This document shows positions 19,650 through 30,057 of a stretch of DNA of 64,000 nt, in pieces (position 1 is the first letter of the stretch; each line of letters opens with the position of its first letter). This DNA comes from Kofleriaceae bacterium (lineage in GTDB: Bacteria; Myxococcota_A; Polyangia; Haliangiales; Haliangiaceae). The notes beneath the pieces were generated by a model, which saw only the letters and a program-made list of their open reading frames with translations, did no database searches and had not been told where the DNA came from. A program made the translations under genes and the position numbers. The stretch is taken from contig JBKJLC010000103.1 of NCBI GenBank assembly GCA_046597055.1, positions 1 through 64,000 of the forward strand, given 5' to 3'.

Positions 19650-21401
19650 CTACCCCCCGGTCTGCAGGCGCCAGAGCCCGGCGTAGATGCCGCCCTGGGC
19701 GACCAGCTCGTCGTGCGAGCCGCGCTCGACCACCTGGCCCTGATCGAGCACGTGGATGACGTGGGCGTGGCGGATCGTCGACAGCCGGTGGGCGACGATC
19801 AGGGTCGTGCGGTCGCGGGTGATGGTCGCGAGCGAGCGCGCGATCGCCGCCTCGGTCTCGTTGTCGACCGCGCTGGTCGCCTCGTCGAGGATGAGGACGG
19901 CCGGATCGCGGACCAGCGTGCGCGCGATCGCGAGCCGCTGGCGCTGGCCGCCCGACAGCTTCTGGCCACGCTCGCCGACCCGGGTGTCGTAGCCGTCCGG
20001 CAGCGCCCGGATGAAGTCGTGGGCCTCGGCCGCGATCGCGGCCGCCTCGAGCTGGGCGGCGGTGGCGGCGAGGTCGCCGTAGCGGATGTTCTCGGCGATC
20101 GACGCGTCGATCAAGAACACGTCCTGCCCGACGTAGCCCATCGCGGCGCGCACCTGATCGTCGGCGAGCGCGGCGAGCGGTCGGCCGTCGAGGCGGATGG
20201 CGCCGGCGGTCGGCTCGTGGAACTTCAGCAGGAGCTTCATCACCGTGCTCTTGCCCGAGCCGGTGCTGCCGACCAGCGCGGTGGTCTGGCCGGCGCGCGC
20301 GACGAACGACACCCCGCGCAGCACCTCGCCCGAGGTCGCGTAGGCGAAGCGGACGTCGTCGAAGACCACGTCGCCGCGGGCGTGGGCGCCGACCGGCTCG
20401 GTGCCGAGCGTGTGCTCGACCTCGGTGTCGAGCAGGCCGAGCGCGCGCCGGATCGCGGCGGTCGACCGGTTGTACATGTCGGTGACCTCGGCGAGCCGGG
20501 TCAGCGGCCACAGCAGCCGCTGGGTGAGGAACACGAACACCGAGTAGGCCCCGACCTCGAGATCGCCCTGCAGCACCAGCCGGCCACCGACCAGCAGGGT
20601 CGCGATGAAGCCGAGCATGATCGCCATGCGGATCACCGGCGTGACCGCGCTGGCCAGGCGGATCGCGGCGCCGTTGGCCTGGCGGTAGCCATCGCTCTCG
20701 GCGCGGACCCGGGCGGCCTCGTGGTCCTCGCGCCCGAACGCGCGGATCGTGGCCAGGCCCGCGAGGTTGTTGCTGAGCATGCCGTTGAGGTGGGCGGCCT
20801 GCTCGCGCACCCGCAGGTAGCGCCGCTCCAGGCGGCCCTGGAACCAGTACGCGCCGAACAGGATCACGGGGATCGGCAGCAGCGCGAACACCGCGGTGCC
20901 CGGCGCCAGGATCACGAACGCCAGGCCGCACAGCAGCGTGCTGGCGATGGTCTGGATGATCTGAGCGACGCCGCTGTTGACGAAGCGCTCGAGCTGGTTG
21001 ATGTCGTCGTTCATCACCGACAACACCGCGCCGGCCTGGCGATCCTCGAGGAAGCTGGTGTGCAGCGTCTGCACGTGGCGGTACACGTCCATGCGCAGGT
21101 CGTGCTGGATCGACTGGGCGAGCTCCCGCCACGCGACCTCGTACAGGTACTCGAAGAAGCTCTCGCTGATCCAGATGAGCGCGGTGAGCGCGGCCAGGAT
21201 GTAGAGCTGCGCCATCGCATCGGTGACGCCGAACTGACCGAGCCACGACGCCTCGCGCCGCACCACCACGTCGACCGCGATGCCGATCAGCACCTCGGGC
21301 AGCACGTCGAACAGCTTGTTGAGGACCGTGTAGACGACCGCCAGCCGGATCCGGTTGCGGTAGGCACGGGCGTAGCGCCACAGGCGGATCATCGGGTGCA
21401 T
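19650..21401 (-). CDS. ABC exporter, fused permease/ATPase
   Basis: N-terminal TM domain; [29 protein letters not shown]. Confidence 0.93.
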   Translation of the reverse strand: MHPMIRLWRYARAYRNRIRLAVVYTVLNKLFDVLPEVLIGIAVDVVVRREASWLGQFGVTDAMAQLYILAALTALIWISESFFEYLYEVAWRELAQSIQHDLRMDVYRHVQTLHTSFLEDRQAGAVLSVMNDDINQLERFVNSGVAQIIQTIASTLLCGLAFVILAPGTAVFALLPIPVILFGAYWFQGRLERRYLRVREQAAHLNGMLSNNLAGLATIRAFGREDHEAARVRAESDGYRQANGAAIRLASAVTPVIRMAIMLGFIATLLVGGRLVLQGDLEVGAYSVFVFLTQRLLWPLTRLAEVTDMYNRSTAAIRRALGLLDTEVEHTLGTEPVGAHARGDVVFDDVRFAYATSGEVLRGVSFVARAGQTTALVGSTGSGKSTVMKLLLKFHEPTAGAIRLDGRPLAALADDQVRAAMGYVGQDVFLIDASIAENIRYGDLAATAAQLEAAAIAAEAHDFIRALPDGYDTRVGERGQKLSGGQRQRLAIARTLVRDPAVLILDEATSAVDNETEAAIARSLATITRDRTTLIVAHRLSTIRHAHVIHVLDQGQVVERGSHDELVAQGGIYAGLWRLQTGG

Positions 21402-21523
21402 GCCGCGCCACGCTGCCCGACGGTGCCCACCGGCGCAAGCGCGCGGCGACCCGGGCGCGACGTTGCCGGAACTGGGCTTCATGGCCGGCTGTCACGCTGG
21501 GCGGTCGGCCGCGTTCTGTTCAC

Positions 21524-24286
21524 GTGAAGTCCGTCAAGCACGCCGCGATCGCAACCGTCGTTCTCACCCTGGGCATCGTCGTGAGCTACCTGCTCGGTCT
21601 GTGGGGCAGCCGCCCGGCCCCGCCCTCGGCGCCCACGGTGGCGGGCCCGGCGCGGCCCGTGGTCCCGACCACCGCGGTGCCCGCAACCGGCGCGACCGCG
21701 GAGCCGGCCCCGCCCGCGCGCGACGACGATCCCCGCGGCGAGCTGCGGCTCGAGGGCATGGTGCTCGACGCCAGCGAGCGCGGGGTGGGCGGGGCCCGGG
21801 TCGCGATCGACGCGGAGCCCGCGCGGGTGGTCGAGGCCGAGAGCGACGGCTCGTTCGTGTTCGACGGCCTGGTCGCGCGCGCCTACCGGCTCGAGGCCAG
21901 CGCCGGCGACCAGTACGCGGGGCCGGTGCGGCTCCGCCTGGCCGCGGGCGCCGAGCCGGTCGTGCTCCGGCTCCGCGCCGGCGGCACTGTCGAGGTCGCG
22001 GTCCGCGAGGCGCACGGTGACCAGCCGATGGCCGGCGCCGAGGTCGAGCTGCGCGGCACCCTGACCTGGTCGGGCACCACCGGCGGCGATGGCGTCGCGA
22101 CCCTGCGCGGGGTCGGTCCGACCTGGGGCGCGCTGGTCGTCCGCGCGGCCGGCTTCGCGCCCGCCGCGACGATGGTGTCGATCGCCGGCGACCCGGCGGT
22201 GCCGGCGCGGTTCGCGTTCGCGCTGGCCCGCGGCGCCGCGGTCCGCGGCCGGGTGGTCGACGACGCCGGCGCGCCGATCGCCGGCGCCCGCGTGGTCGCG
22301 ACCTCGGCGTCCGAGCCGTTCCCCGTCGTCGATCCCCGGCGCGACGGCGTGGTCACCGACGCCGCCGGCCGGTTCGAGGTCGCGGCGCTCGCTGCCGGTA
22401 CCCACCGGCTCACCGCCAGCGATGGCGTGCACGCGCCGGCGGCGTCGTCGCCGCTGGTCGTCGACGGCGTGCACCCGCGCACCGGCGTGGAGCTGGTGCT
22501 TGCCGGGGGCGGTCGGGTGACCGGGATCGTGACCGACGCCGCCGGCGCGCCGATCGCCGGCGCCGACATCCGCGTGGTCACCGACGGCCACGTGCTCTGG
22601 CGTCCGCGCCGGCACGCCTTCAGCGACGCCGCCGGCCGGTTCGCGCTGGGCGGGCTGCCGCGTCGCCCGGTCGACGTGGTCGCCGCGCACACCAGCGGGA
22701 CCTCGGCGATCGTCGCGGTCGATCTGGCCGCGACCGCCGAGCGCGAGCTCGCGCTGGTCCTCGACGTCACCGGCGCGATCGAGGGGATCGTGGTCGATCG
22801 GACCGGCCAGCCCATCGGCGACGCCGCGGTGACCGCCGAGCCGGTCGCGACCGGGGGCGTGGCCGACGAGGCGGTGTGGTCGGTGCGCGGCGTCCCGCAT
22901 GCGGTCACCGATCCCGACGGCCGCTTTCGCTTCGTCGGCCTGCCGGTCGCCGGGTACCAGGTCCGCGCCGCCCGCCCCGGCGCGCGCGCCGATGCGCTCC
23001 GACAGGGCGCGACCACCACCGCCCGGCCCGGCGACCCGGCGCTGCGGCTGGTCTTGCCGGCCGACGGCCAGGTGACCGGCAAGGTCGCGTTCGCCGACGG
23101 CCGCGCCCCCCTCGCGCTCACGATCGCGCTCGACGGTGGCCGCGCCACCCCGTCCGCGCGCTCCGACGGCAGCTTCGCGGTCGACGTGGTCGCCGGCAGT
23201 CACCACGTCGTGATCGCCGGCGCCGGCTTCGTGCCGACCACGGTGCGCGCGGTGAAGGTGGAGGAGGGCAAGCCGACCGACCTCGGCACCATCACGGTGG
23301 TCGCCGGTCGCTCGATCAGCGGTCGCGTGCTCGACGGCCGCGGCCGCCCGGTCAAGGGCGCCCGGGTCGCCGCCGGCCCGCTGCTGACCGGCGGCGGCGC
23401 CGAGCTCTACATCGAGAGCGAGAGCCCGGGCGCCCGCGCCACCGAGACCGACGACGACGGCCGGTTCGTCATCAGCGGCTTCGGCCCGCGCCCGCTCACC
23501 GTGGTCGCCGGCAAGGACGGCGCCGGTCGCTCGCCGAGCGTCAGCGTGCCGCGCGGCCCCGACAGCGTCGTGCTCGACCTGATCCTGGCGCCGTCAGGGG
23601 CGGTCGCCGGCACCGTCACCCGCCACGGCGCGCCGGTCGCCGACACGGTCGTGATCGCGAATCCGGCCGGCAGCCCCGGCGCCAACTTCTTCGTGGTCAC
23701 CGCGGCCGACGGCACGTTCGCCTTCGATGCCCTCACCGCCGGGAGCTACGTCGTCTTCCCGATGATCGGCGGCGGCGGCGGGCGCCCGAAGGACATGTTC
23801 ATGCGCAAGGTCGAGGTCACCGCCGGCGCGCGCGCCGAGCTGACGATCGATCTGGCCCCCGGCGCGGGCAAGGTCGAGATCATGGTCGTGACCGAGGCCG
23901 CCACGCCGGTCGCGATCGCGCAGGTCGTGATGGTCCAGGCCGCGGTCACCGCGCCCAACCTCGAGCAGCTCCGCGACGGCAGCTGGATGCCGCCGGAGCT
24001 GGCCGCCGGCACGACGATCGCGCTCTACCTGCGCGCCGCGATGGGGCCGCCGGTCACGATCGAGTCGGTCGCGGCCGGCACCTACACCGCCTGCGCGGTG
24101 CCGTTCCCGGTCGCCGACGCCAGCCAGGCGATGACCATGATGGACGAGGCCGGCACCCTGCCGATGCAGTGCACCCCGGTCGTGGTCGCGGGCGCTGGCA
24201 CCCGCCGGGTCACGATCGCGGTACCGGTCGCGTGGACCGTGCCGCGCGCACCCGCGCCATCCGCGCCGTCGCCATCCGCGCCGTGA
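21524..24286 (+). CDS. Membrane-anchored protein with tandem carboxypeptidase-regulatory-like repeats
   Basis: N-terminal TM; repeated GxVxDxxGxPIxGAxV...TDxxGRF units. Confidence 0.85.
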   Translation: MKSVKHAAIATVVLTLGIVVSYLLGLWGSRPAPPSAPTVAGPARPVVPTTAVPATGATAEPAPPARDDDPRGELRLEGMVLDASERGVGGARVAIDAEPARVVEAESDGSFVFDGLVARAYRLEASAGDQYAGPVRLRLAAGAEPVVLRLRAGGTVEVAVREAHGDQPMAGAEVELRGTLTWSGTTGGDGVATLRGVGPTWGALVVRAAGFAPAATMVSIAGDPAVPARFAFALARGAAVRGRVVDDAGAPIAGARVVATSASEPFPVVDPRRDGVVTDAAGRFEVAALAAGTHRLTASDGVHAPAASSPLVVDGVHPRTGVELVLAGGGRVTGIVTDAAGAPIAGADIRVVTDGHVLWRPRRHAFSDAAGRFALGGLPRRPVDVVAAHTSGTSAIVAVDLAATAERELALVLDVTGAIEGIVVDRTGQPIGDAAVTAEPVATGGVADEAVWSVRGVPHAVTDPDGRFRFVGLPVAGYQVRAARPGARADALRQGATTTARPGDPALRLVLPADGQVTGKVAFADGRAPLALTIALDGGRATPSARSDGSFAVDVVAGSHHVVIAGAGFVPTTVRAVKVEEGKPTDLGTITVVAGRSISGRVLDGRGRPVKGARVAAGPLLTGGGAELYIESESPGARATETDDDGRFVISGFGPRPLTVVAGKDGAGRSPSVSVPRGPDSVVLDLILAPSGAVAGTVTRHGAPVADTVVIANPAGSPGANFFVVTAADGTFAFDALTAGSYVVFPMIGGGGGRPKDMFMRKVEVTAGARAELTIDLAPGAGKVEIMVVTEAATPVAIAQVVMVQAAVTAPNLEQLRDGSWMPPELAAGTTIALYLRAAMGPPVTIESVAAGTYTACAVPFPVADASQAMTMMDEAGTLPMQCTPVVVAGAGTRRVTIAVPVAWTVPRAPAPSAPSPSAP

Positions 24287-24296
24287 CCGCGGCCGG

Positions 24297-24566
24297 TCAG
24301 CGCCCGAAGCGTTCGATCGAGCGCGCCTTGGCCTTGCTCGCCTCGTCCTCGCGGTTGCGCGGCGGCGCCGGCGTGACCAGCGAGTCGACCAGCGCGCGGG
24401 CGACGACGAACACGTCCTCGACCGCCTGGCTGAACGCGGCCTCGTTGGCCCTGGACGGAATCGTGTAGCCGCTCAGCTTGCGAATGAACTGCAGCGACGC
24501 GGCCCGGACCTCGTCGTCGGTGGCCGGCGGCGCAAAGTTGAAGAGCGTCTTGATGTTGCGACACAT
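24297..24566 (-). CDS. DUF2277 family protein
   Basis: MCRNIKTLFNFAPPATDDEVRAASLQFIRKLSG. Confidence 0.88.
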   Translation of the reverse strand: MCRNIKTLFNFAPPATDDEVRAASLQFIRKLSGYTIPSRANEAAFSQAVEDVFVVARALVDSLVTPAPPRNREDEASKAKARSIERFGR

Positions 24567-24576
24567 GGCTCGGCCG

Positions 24577-26745
24577 TCAGTCTAGCGGCAGCGTGAAGAA
24601 GAACGTCGCGCCGGCGGCCGGCTCGCTCTCGGCCCAGATCCGTCCGCCGTGCGCCTCGACGATCCCCTTCGCGATGTACAGGCCCAGCCCGGCACCCGCG
24701 CTCTGGACCCGACGCGCCTGCCAGTAACGGTCGAAGATGTTCGCCAGCTCACTGGCGACGATACCGGGTCCGGTATCGCGGACCGCGAACCGCACCCATC
24801 CCGCCGTGCGGGTCGCGTCGAGCGTGACGCTGCCGCCAGCGGGCGTGAACTTGATCGCGTTGCCGACCAGGTTCGAGAACACCTGGGACATGCGGGCTGG
24901 GTCGGCGACCACCCGGGCGTCGCCATCCCCGACCCAGGCCAGGACAACCGACTTGGCTTGCGCGATGGGGGTCAACATCGCCATGACCTCGGAGATCAGC
25001 GAGCTCACGGAGACCGGCGTCTGGGTCACCTCGAACCCCCCGGCCTCGATCTTGGCCAGATCGAGGAGATCGTGAATCAGGCCATCCATGCGCGAGACCG
25101 ACCGCTGGATCCGCGAGAGGGTCGCGACGGCGTCGGGGTCGGCCGTGATCCGGGGCGCGAGCGAGGCGATCGAGAGGCGAAGGACCTGGAGCGGATTCTT
25201 CAGATCGTGCGAGAGCACGGCGACCATCTCGTCGCGCAGCGTGATCGCCTGCGCCGCACGCGCGATCTGCTTGACCAGGTCGGCTTCGATCGCGTGGCGC
25301 CGGAGATCTCCGGCTGCCTCGATCTCGACGCGCGACCAGGGATGGGCACGCGCTCGCACGACCTCCCGCCAGGCGTCGAACGAGTGGCGGGGATGCAGGC
25401 GTCCGCCCGACTCGACCGGCTTCGTTGGATCGCCGGCCCAGGTCACGGTCCTGACCACCTCGGGGCGAAACCAGCACACGTGCGAGGGAGGGGTGCCGGG
25501 CAACGTCATCGCGAGGAGTCCGCTGGCGCGATCGGCGTAGTCGGCGGCCGGCCCGTGACGCAGACTGAGCGAGTCCGTGTGCAGGATGCCGCTCGACCCT
25601 TGCGTGGTCAGCCAGTCCACGATCGCCGCCAGCTGCGCCGGATCCGGCGTGCCGCCGACGGTGTGGATGCCATGCCCCGTGCACACCGCCGCGCCGGTCG
25701 CACCCACGAGCTGCAGCAGGAGGTCCCCGCGCTGCAGGAGCGCGGTCGCCACGTCCGTGGCTGCGTCACGGATCACCTCCGCGAGCCCGGCCTCGGTCCC
25801 GCGGAGGGCATCCCGGCGTGCGCGCGACTCGAGCTGCGCTTGCGCGGCCAGCTGCAGCGACACGACGCGACCGATCACCTCGCAGGCCGCCCGGGCGGCG
25901 AGGCTGAGGTGGCGCGGCGCGCGATGATGACAGGCGATCAGTCCCCACAACGTCTCCGCGTGCACCAGCGAGACGCTCATCGAAGCGCCGACGCCCATGT
26001 TCCGCAGATACTCGAGGTGGAGCGGCGACACGCTGCGCAAGGTCGCAAACGACAGATCCAGCGCACCGCCGGTATCGGGGCGCTGCGCCGGGACCAGCGC
26101 GACCGCCTGGTAGCTCGAGTCCGGGATCAGCCGGAGCCAGTTCTGCAGATACATCGCGCGCGCCTGGCGCGGGATGTCACTGGCCGGGAAGCGATAGCCC
26201 CGGTACGAGTCGACGCCCTCGGCGAGGGTCTCCTCGATCACGTCGCCATGCCCCTCGTCATCGAATCGATAGAGGAGAATCCGGTCGAAGCCGGTGAGCG
26301 CGCTCACCGCGTCGACCGCGATCTTGCAGAGCTCGACCACGCTGTTCGAACGCTGCAGGTGCGCCAGGGCGGTCCGGAGCGCCGCATCGCTGGAAGCTGC
26401 GTGCTCGTCGTGCCGCTCCAGCTCGAGGATCGCGAGGCCTTGATGCCGGTGCGCGCGCGCGTCGAAGCGAGCTCCCTCGACCGCGAGCGCGAAGGGCTCA
26501 CCGGCGGTCGAGCTCGCGAGGCTGACCCCGGCCAGCGCAGCCTCCGCCGCCGGCCCGAGGAGCGCGGCCAGCGGGCGATGGAGGACGGCCCCGGGCGCGA
26601 CGCCGAAGAAGTCGGCCGAATTGGCGCTGACCTGGAGGATCTCGAGCGTCTCCGGGGCGAGCGCGACGAGCACGCCGTGCGGCTGGATGGCCCCCGGGAT
26701 GTGGATCGGCTCGACGTCGCAGGTGCTGACGTCGGGCACCGTCAC
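24577..26745 (-). CDS. bphP: Bacteriophytochrome histidine kinase (PAS-GAF-PHY-HisKA-HATPase)
   Basis: N-terminal bilin Cys (TCDVEPIHIPGAIQPHG), ASDIP, SPLHLEYLRNMGV, LWGLIACHH, WAG, PRHSF, SHDLKNPL; GTG overlaps bphO stop. Confidence 0.95.
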   Translation of the reverse strand: MTVPDVSTCDVEPIHIPGAIQPHGVLVALAPETLEILQVSANSADFFGVAPGAVLHRPLAALLGPAAEAALAGVSLASSTAGEPFALAVEGARFDARAHRHQGLAILELERHDEHAASSDAALRTALAHLQRSNSVVELCKIAVDAVSALTGFDRILLYRFDDEGHGDVIEETLAEGVDSYRGYRFPASDIPRQARAMYLQNWLRLIPDSSYQAVALVPAQRPDTGGALDLSFATLRSVSPLHLEYLRNMGVGASMSVSLVHAETLWGLIACHHRAPRHLSLAARAACEVIGRVVSLQLAAQAQLESRARRDALRGTEAGLAEVIRDAATDVATALLQRGDLLLQLVGATGAAVCTGHGIHTVGGTPDPAQLAAIVDWLTTQGSSGILHTDSLSLRHGPAADYADRASGLLAMTLPGTPPSHVCWFRPEVVRTVTWAGDPTKPVESGGRLHPRHSFDAWREVVRARAHPWSRVEIEAAGDLRRHAIEADLVKQIARAAQAITLRDEMVAVLSHDLKNPLQVLRLSIASLAPRITADPDAVATLSRIQRSVSRMDGLIHDLLDLAKIEAGGFEVTQTPVSVSSLISEVMAMLTPIAQAKSVVLAWVGDGDARVVADPARMSQVFSNLVGNAIKFTPAGGSVTLDATRTAGWVRFAVRDTGPGIVASELANIFDRYWQARRVQSAGAGLGLYIAKGIVEAHGGRIWAESEPAAGATFFFTLPLD

Positions 26746-27314
26746 GCGGGGCCCGAGCGGGCTTCCAGCCACTCCGTCAAGGTCTCGAAGGTATGAACCG
26801 CAGCGCGTACGGCGGCGTCCGTCTCGAGGGTCGTCGAGTGGTTGACGTGGTCGACGAAGCGCGTCCACATCGCCCCGGTGGTCGCGCCATACCCCGTGAA
26901 AAAGGCGGCGCCGCTGGCGGCATCGAGCTCGAGCCGGTCGCGCAGGTGCTTACGAATGATCTGACCACCGAGCGTCGACCCCTCGATGACATAGAGGATG
27001 CCGAGCGCGTGCGATGCGCTGTCGAGCACGGGCAGGTCGCGGCAGCGCGGCAGCGCCTCGATCTGGGCCGACGTCACCCCGAGCGCGCGCAGGTCGGTCG
27101 CGAGGAGCGGGAGCTTGGCCCGCAGGTCGAGCGCGAGCGCCGCGCCCTCCGCGGCGGCCGCGCGTGCGAGCGCGGGCTCGAGCGGCGCGTAGAAGCCATA
27201 GAACGCTTCGACCACGCGCGTGTAGCGAGCACGTGTGAGTCCAGGCTCGAGCAGCGGCAACACCCGTTCGATGCGGGTGTGCACGTCCTGCGTCGCTTCG
27301 CGCAGCACCTGCAT
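26742..27314 (-). CDS. bphO: Biliverdin-producing heme oxygenase
   Basis: LREATQDVH (proximal His), LYVIEGSTLGG, FFTGYG; directly upstream of bphP; alternative start 27407. Confidence 0.9.
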   Translation of the reverse strand: MQVLREATQDVHTRIERVLPLLEPGLTRARYTRVVEAFYGFYAPLEPALARAAAAEGAALALDLRAKLPLLATDLRALGVTSAQIEALPRCRDLPVLDSASHALGILYVIEGSTLGGQIIRKHLRDRLELDAASGAAFFTGYGATTGAMWTRFVDHVNHSTTLETDAAVRAAVHTFETLTEWLEARSGPA

Positions 27315-27588
27315 GCGCGTGACCTCGCGCGTCGGGGTCGCGACCAGGACCGGCCGTGCGCCGTCGTCGCTCGGAGCAGATGCCACGTGAATTGAAACAG
27401 AGCGCATGGCACGCGATCGCAGGCTTCGCTGATACGCCCGGGAGTCCGCGATGTCAATGCGCGCCTCCGCTCGCTCGCGGCAGGTACCTGGTGAATATCG
27501 CAGGCGATCCGACGTACCCGGGCCAGCTCGCTGGGCCTGGTTCGCGCCCGATCCGTGCCGACCAGGGCCGGCTCGCCTCCGGCTCGGT

Positions 27589-29022
27589 TCAGTCGAGCTC
27601 GACGAAGCGGGTCGCGCTGCTGTCGCGGTCGCCACCGGCCGACGCGTCGACCACGAGCGAGCGCGTGAGGACGTTGTCACCGGTCGCCGGGTCCCACCCG
27701 CCGGTGTTGGCGAACCGGATGGCGTAGCGCGGATCCTTGGCGATGCTCGACGACGCGTCCGGCATGCGCAGCGCCAGCGTGTACGTGCCCGCGGCCAGGC
27801 TGGCCGGCACCCGCAGGCGCGCGGTCACGGTGGTCTTCAGGCCGGCCGGGAGCCGGCGGGCATCGAGCCCGATGCGCGCGACGTGGCGGATCGTGCCCCG
27901 GGTCAGCACGACCTCGACCGGTCGCGCGTTGAACGGCACCGCGAAGCCGCGGTTGCGCAGGTCGACCTCGACGGTGAGCACACCACCCGGGGCGACCGCC
28001 GCGCTGTGGGCGACCCGGCGGAGCACGAAGCGGTAGCCCAGGTTCCGACGGATGGTGGCGTCACAGCCTTCGTTGACCCAGCTCGAGATGACCGACGCCT
28101 TGTACTGCCGGTTGAGATACGAATAGTGAAGGTTCTGCATCTCGGCGACCGCCGCAGCGCAGCTGGTCTTCGGCGCGTAGATCTGGCAGGTCTCGCCGCC
28201 CATCGGCGCGTACAGGGTGTCCTGCGCGACGTACGAGGTCCAGGTGGTCACCGGCGACGCGTAGGTGCCGAGGTCGCTGGGGCTGGCGAGGAAGCAGTCG
28301 TTGTGGTGGCCGATGCGCGAGCGTGACGAGCCCGAGTAGGCCTCGGTCGCCGAGATCGCGCCGGTCCGGTACGCCGCCTTGTACATCGGGGTCCGCACCT
28401 GCACGCTGCGCGTCGACGGCAGCGCCGTCAGCAGCGCGGCCAGGACCTCGCCGCGCGCGGTGGGGTTGTCGAGCCCGTTGGTCGAGCCGTGCCACTCGCC
28501 CCACGCGCCGATGAAGCCGGCCTGCATCACCGCGATCACGTCGGCGTTCTCGCGCAGCACCGGCGCCAGCTGGTTGATGTGCGCGAGCATGCGCGACTTC
28601 GTGGCGTCCGCGGCGAACGAGGCGTTGTACGCGAACCGGAGCACCAGCTTGATACCGGCCGCGCGCGCCCGCGCGAAGCCCGCGCGCAGGGTGGTGAGGA
28701 GCGCGTCGTCGAGCGACCGATCGCGGTAGCCCTCGAGGTTCACGATCGAGATGGCCAGCGTGTAGCCGGCGGCCCGGATCGGCGTCGCGTCGCTCCCGCC
28801 GAGCAGGTTGTAGCCGATGTAGTAGCCACGCTCGGGGTTGGCGAAGTCCTCGGTCGACTCCCCCGGCTCGAACGAGACCATCGGGCCGTCCGCGGTGGTG
28901 ATCAGCTCACTGCTGGTTTCCCCGAGGCTCGACTCGTCGGCGTCGTTGCCGTCTTGCAGATCGGTGCACGCACCGAGCGCGAGCGCGAGGGAGATGGCCG
29001 CAATGGTTACTGCCAGTTTCAT
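27589..29022 (-). CDS. DUF4874/DUF4832-type lipoprotein (putative glycoside hydrolase-like)
   Basis: Lipobox LGAC; NPERG, LRFAY, QAGFIGAWGEWH, GHHNDCFL, GGET, LGYRF. Confidence 0.8.
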   Translation of the reverse strand: MKLAVTIAAISLALALGACTDLQDGNDADESSLGETSSELITTADGPMVSFEPGESTEDFANPERGYYIGYNLLGGSDATPIRAAGYTLAISIVNLEGYRDRSLDDALLTTLRAGFARARAAGIKLVLRFAYNASFAADATKSRMLAHINQLAPVLRENADVIAVMQAGFIGAWGEWHGSTNGLDNPTARGEVLAALLTALPSTRSVQVRTPMYKAAYRTGAISATEAYSGSSRSRIGHHNDCFLASPSDLGTYASPVTTWTSYVAQDTLYAPMGGETCQIYAPKTSCAAAVAEMQNLHYSYLNRQYKASVISSWVNEGCDATIRRNLGYRFVLRRVAHSAAVAPGGVLTVEVDLRNRGFAVPFNARPVEVVLTRGTIRHVARIGLDARRLPAGLKTTVTARLRVPASLAAGTYTLALRMPDASSSIAKDPRYAIRFANTGGWDPATGDNVLTRSLVVDASAGGDRDSSATRFVELD

Positions 29023-29583
29023 TGCGGCGGAAGTTAGGCGTTGAAGATCCACCAGGCCACGTATGAATTCACGCACCTGCAGCGCCAGGTCTCACGCGTG
29101 ACTCCATGCCGGCACCTGTATGTGCGAGATAAGAGTGCGTGAACGGAGCTGGTCAGTTCAGGACTGTAACCGAGCGTTCGATCCTGGGCGAAACCTTGCG
29201 AATATCTGGGGCTTACCGCGCAATCTTCGGGCCAATGGCGTGGTCCTGCGGGCGTCATCACTCACGGCCTCCGCGGACGATTTCGGGCGATCCCCGTGCA
29301 CGCCGCTGACGTCCGTCGCCGCGGGGTGACCTCGCGCGGGAAGAATGCCTATCTGGCTACGAGATTCTGGCAGCTGCCCACGACGCCCACGACGGCACCT
29401 CGATCCATCGAGGCGGCTCCCGCGCCGCGCGTAGTTGCGGCGGAGCGCTGTCGGCAAGCCTTGCGCGCCGGCCGCGCGTTCTGCGCGGGGGCGCGGCTAC
29501 CGTCCGGGCCAGCGACCCCCAAGGCGGCGGGCGGCGGAACGCGACACGAGCGCCCGGGTCCGAGGGTTGCTATGTTCACGCGC

Positions 29584-30033
29584 ATGTTCGCCCGTACGCT
29601 TGCGACCCTCGTCCTCGGTAGCGCCACGCTCATGGGCTGCGACTCCGGCAGCGGCGCCAGGACCACCGGGACGCCATCCCAGGCCACGGTGGTGGCGCCG
29701 CCGGCGCCCGCCCCGTCGACCGCCGCGGCTCCGTCAGTGGCGGCGACGTCCGCGCTCACCCGGGTCGAGGACGTGACCAAGGTCTGCATGGTGACCGATC
29801 AGTTCATGGGCACCGCCCAGATCCCGGTTGAGGTGGGCGGCAAGACCTATTATGGCTGTTGCGAGATGTGCAAGGCGCGCCTCGCCAACGAAGCCCAGAC
29901 CCGCACGGCCAAGGACCCGGTCACCGGCGAGGAGGTCGACAAGTCGGTCGCCGTGATCGGCCGCGATGCCGCCGGCAAGCTTCACTACTTCGCCAGCCCC
30001 GCGAACCTCGCTCGCTACCAGCCCACGCTGTGA
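29584..30033 (+). CDS. YHS/TRASH-like metal-binding lipoprotein
   Basis: Lipobox LMGC; VCMV, YYGCCEMC, DPVTG, HYFAS; start 29572 or 29584. Confidence 0.75.
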   Translation: MFARTLATLVLGSATLMGCDSGSGARTTGTPSQATVVAPPAPAPSTAAAPSVAATSALTRVEDVTKVCMVTDQFMGTAQIPVEVGGKTYYGCCEMCKARLANEAQTRTAKDPVTGEEVDKSVAVIGRDAAGKLHYFASPANLARYQPTL

Positions 30034-30057
30034 CCTGCCGGTCGCCCAACGGCCGGC

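Noticed and set aside
29170..29235. c-di-GMP-I riboswitch (GGGCGAAACC...)
   Set aside because: Lacks the GAAA-loop P2 and GCAAAGC continuation; only superficial similarity
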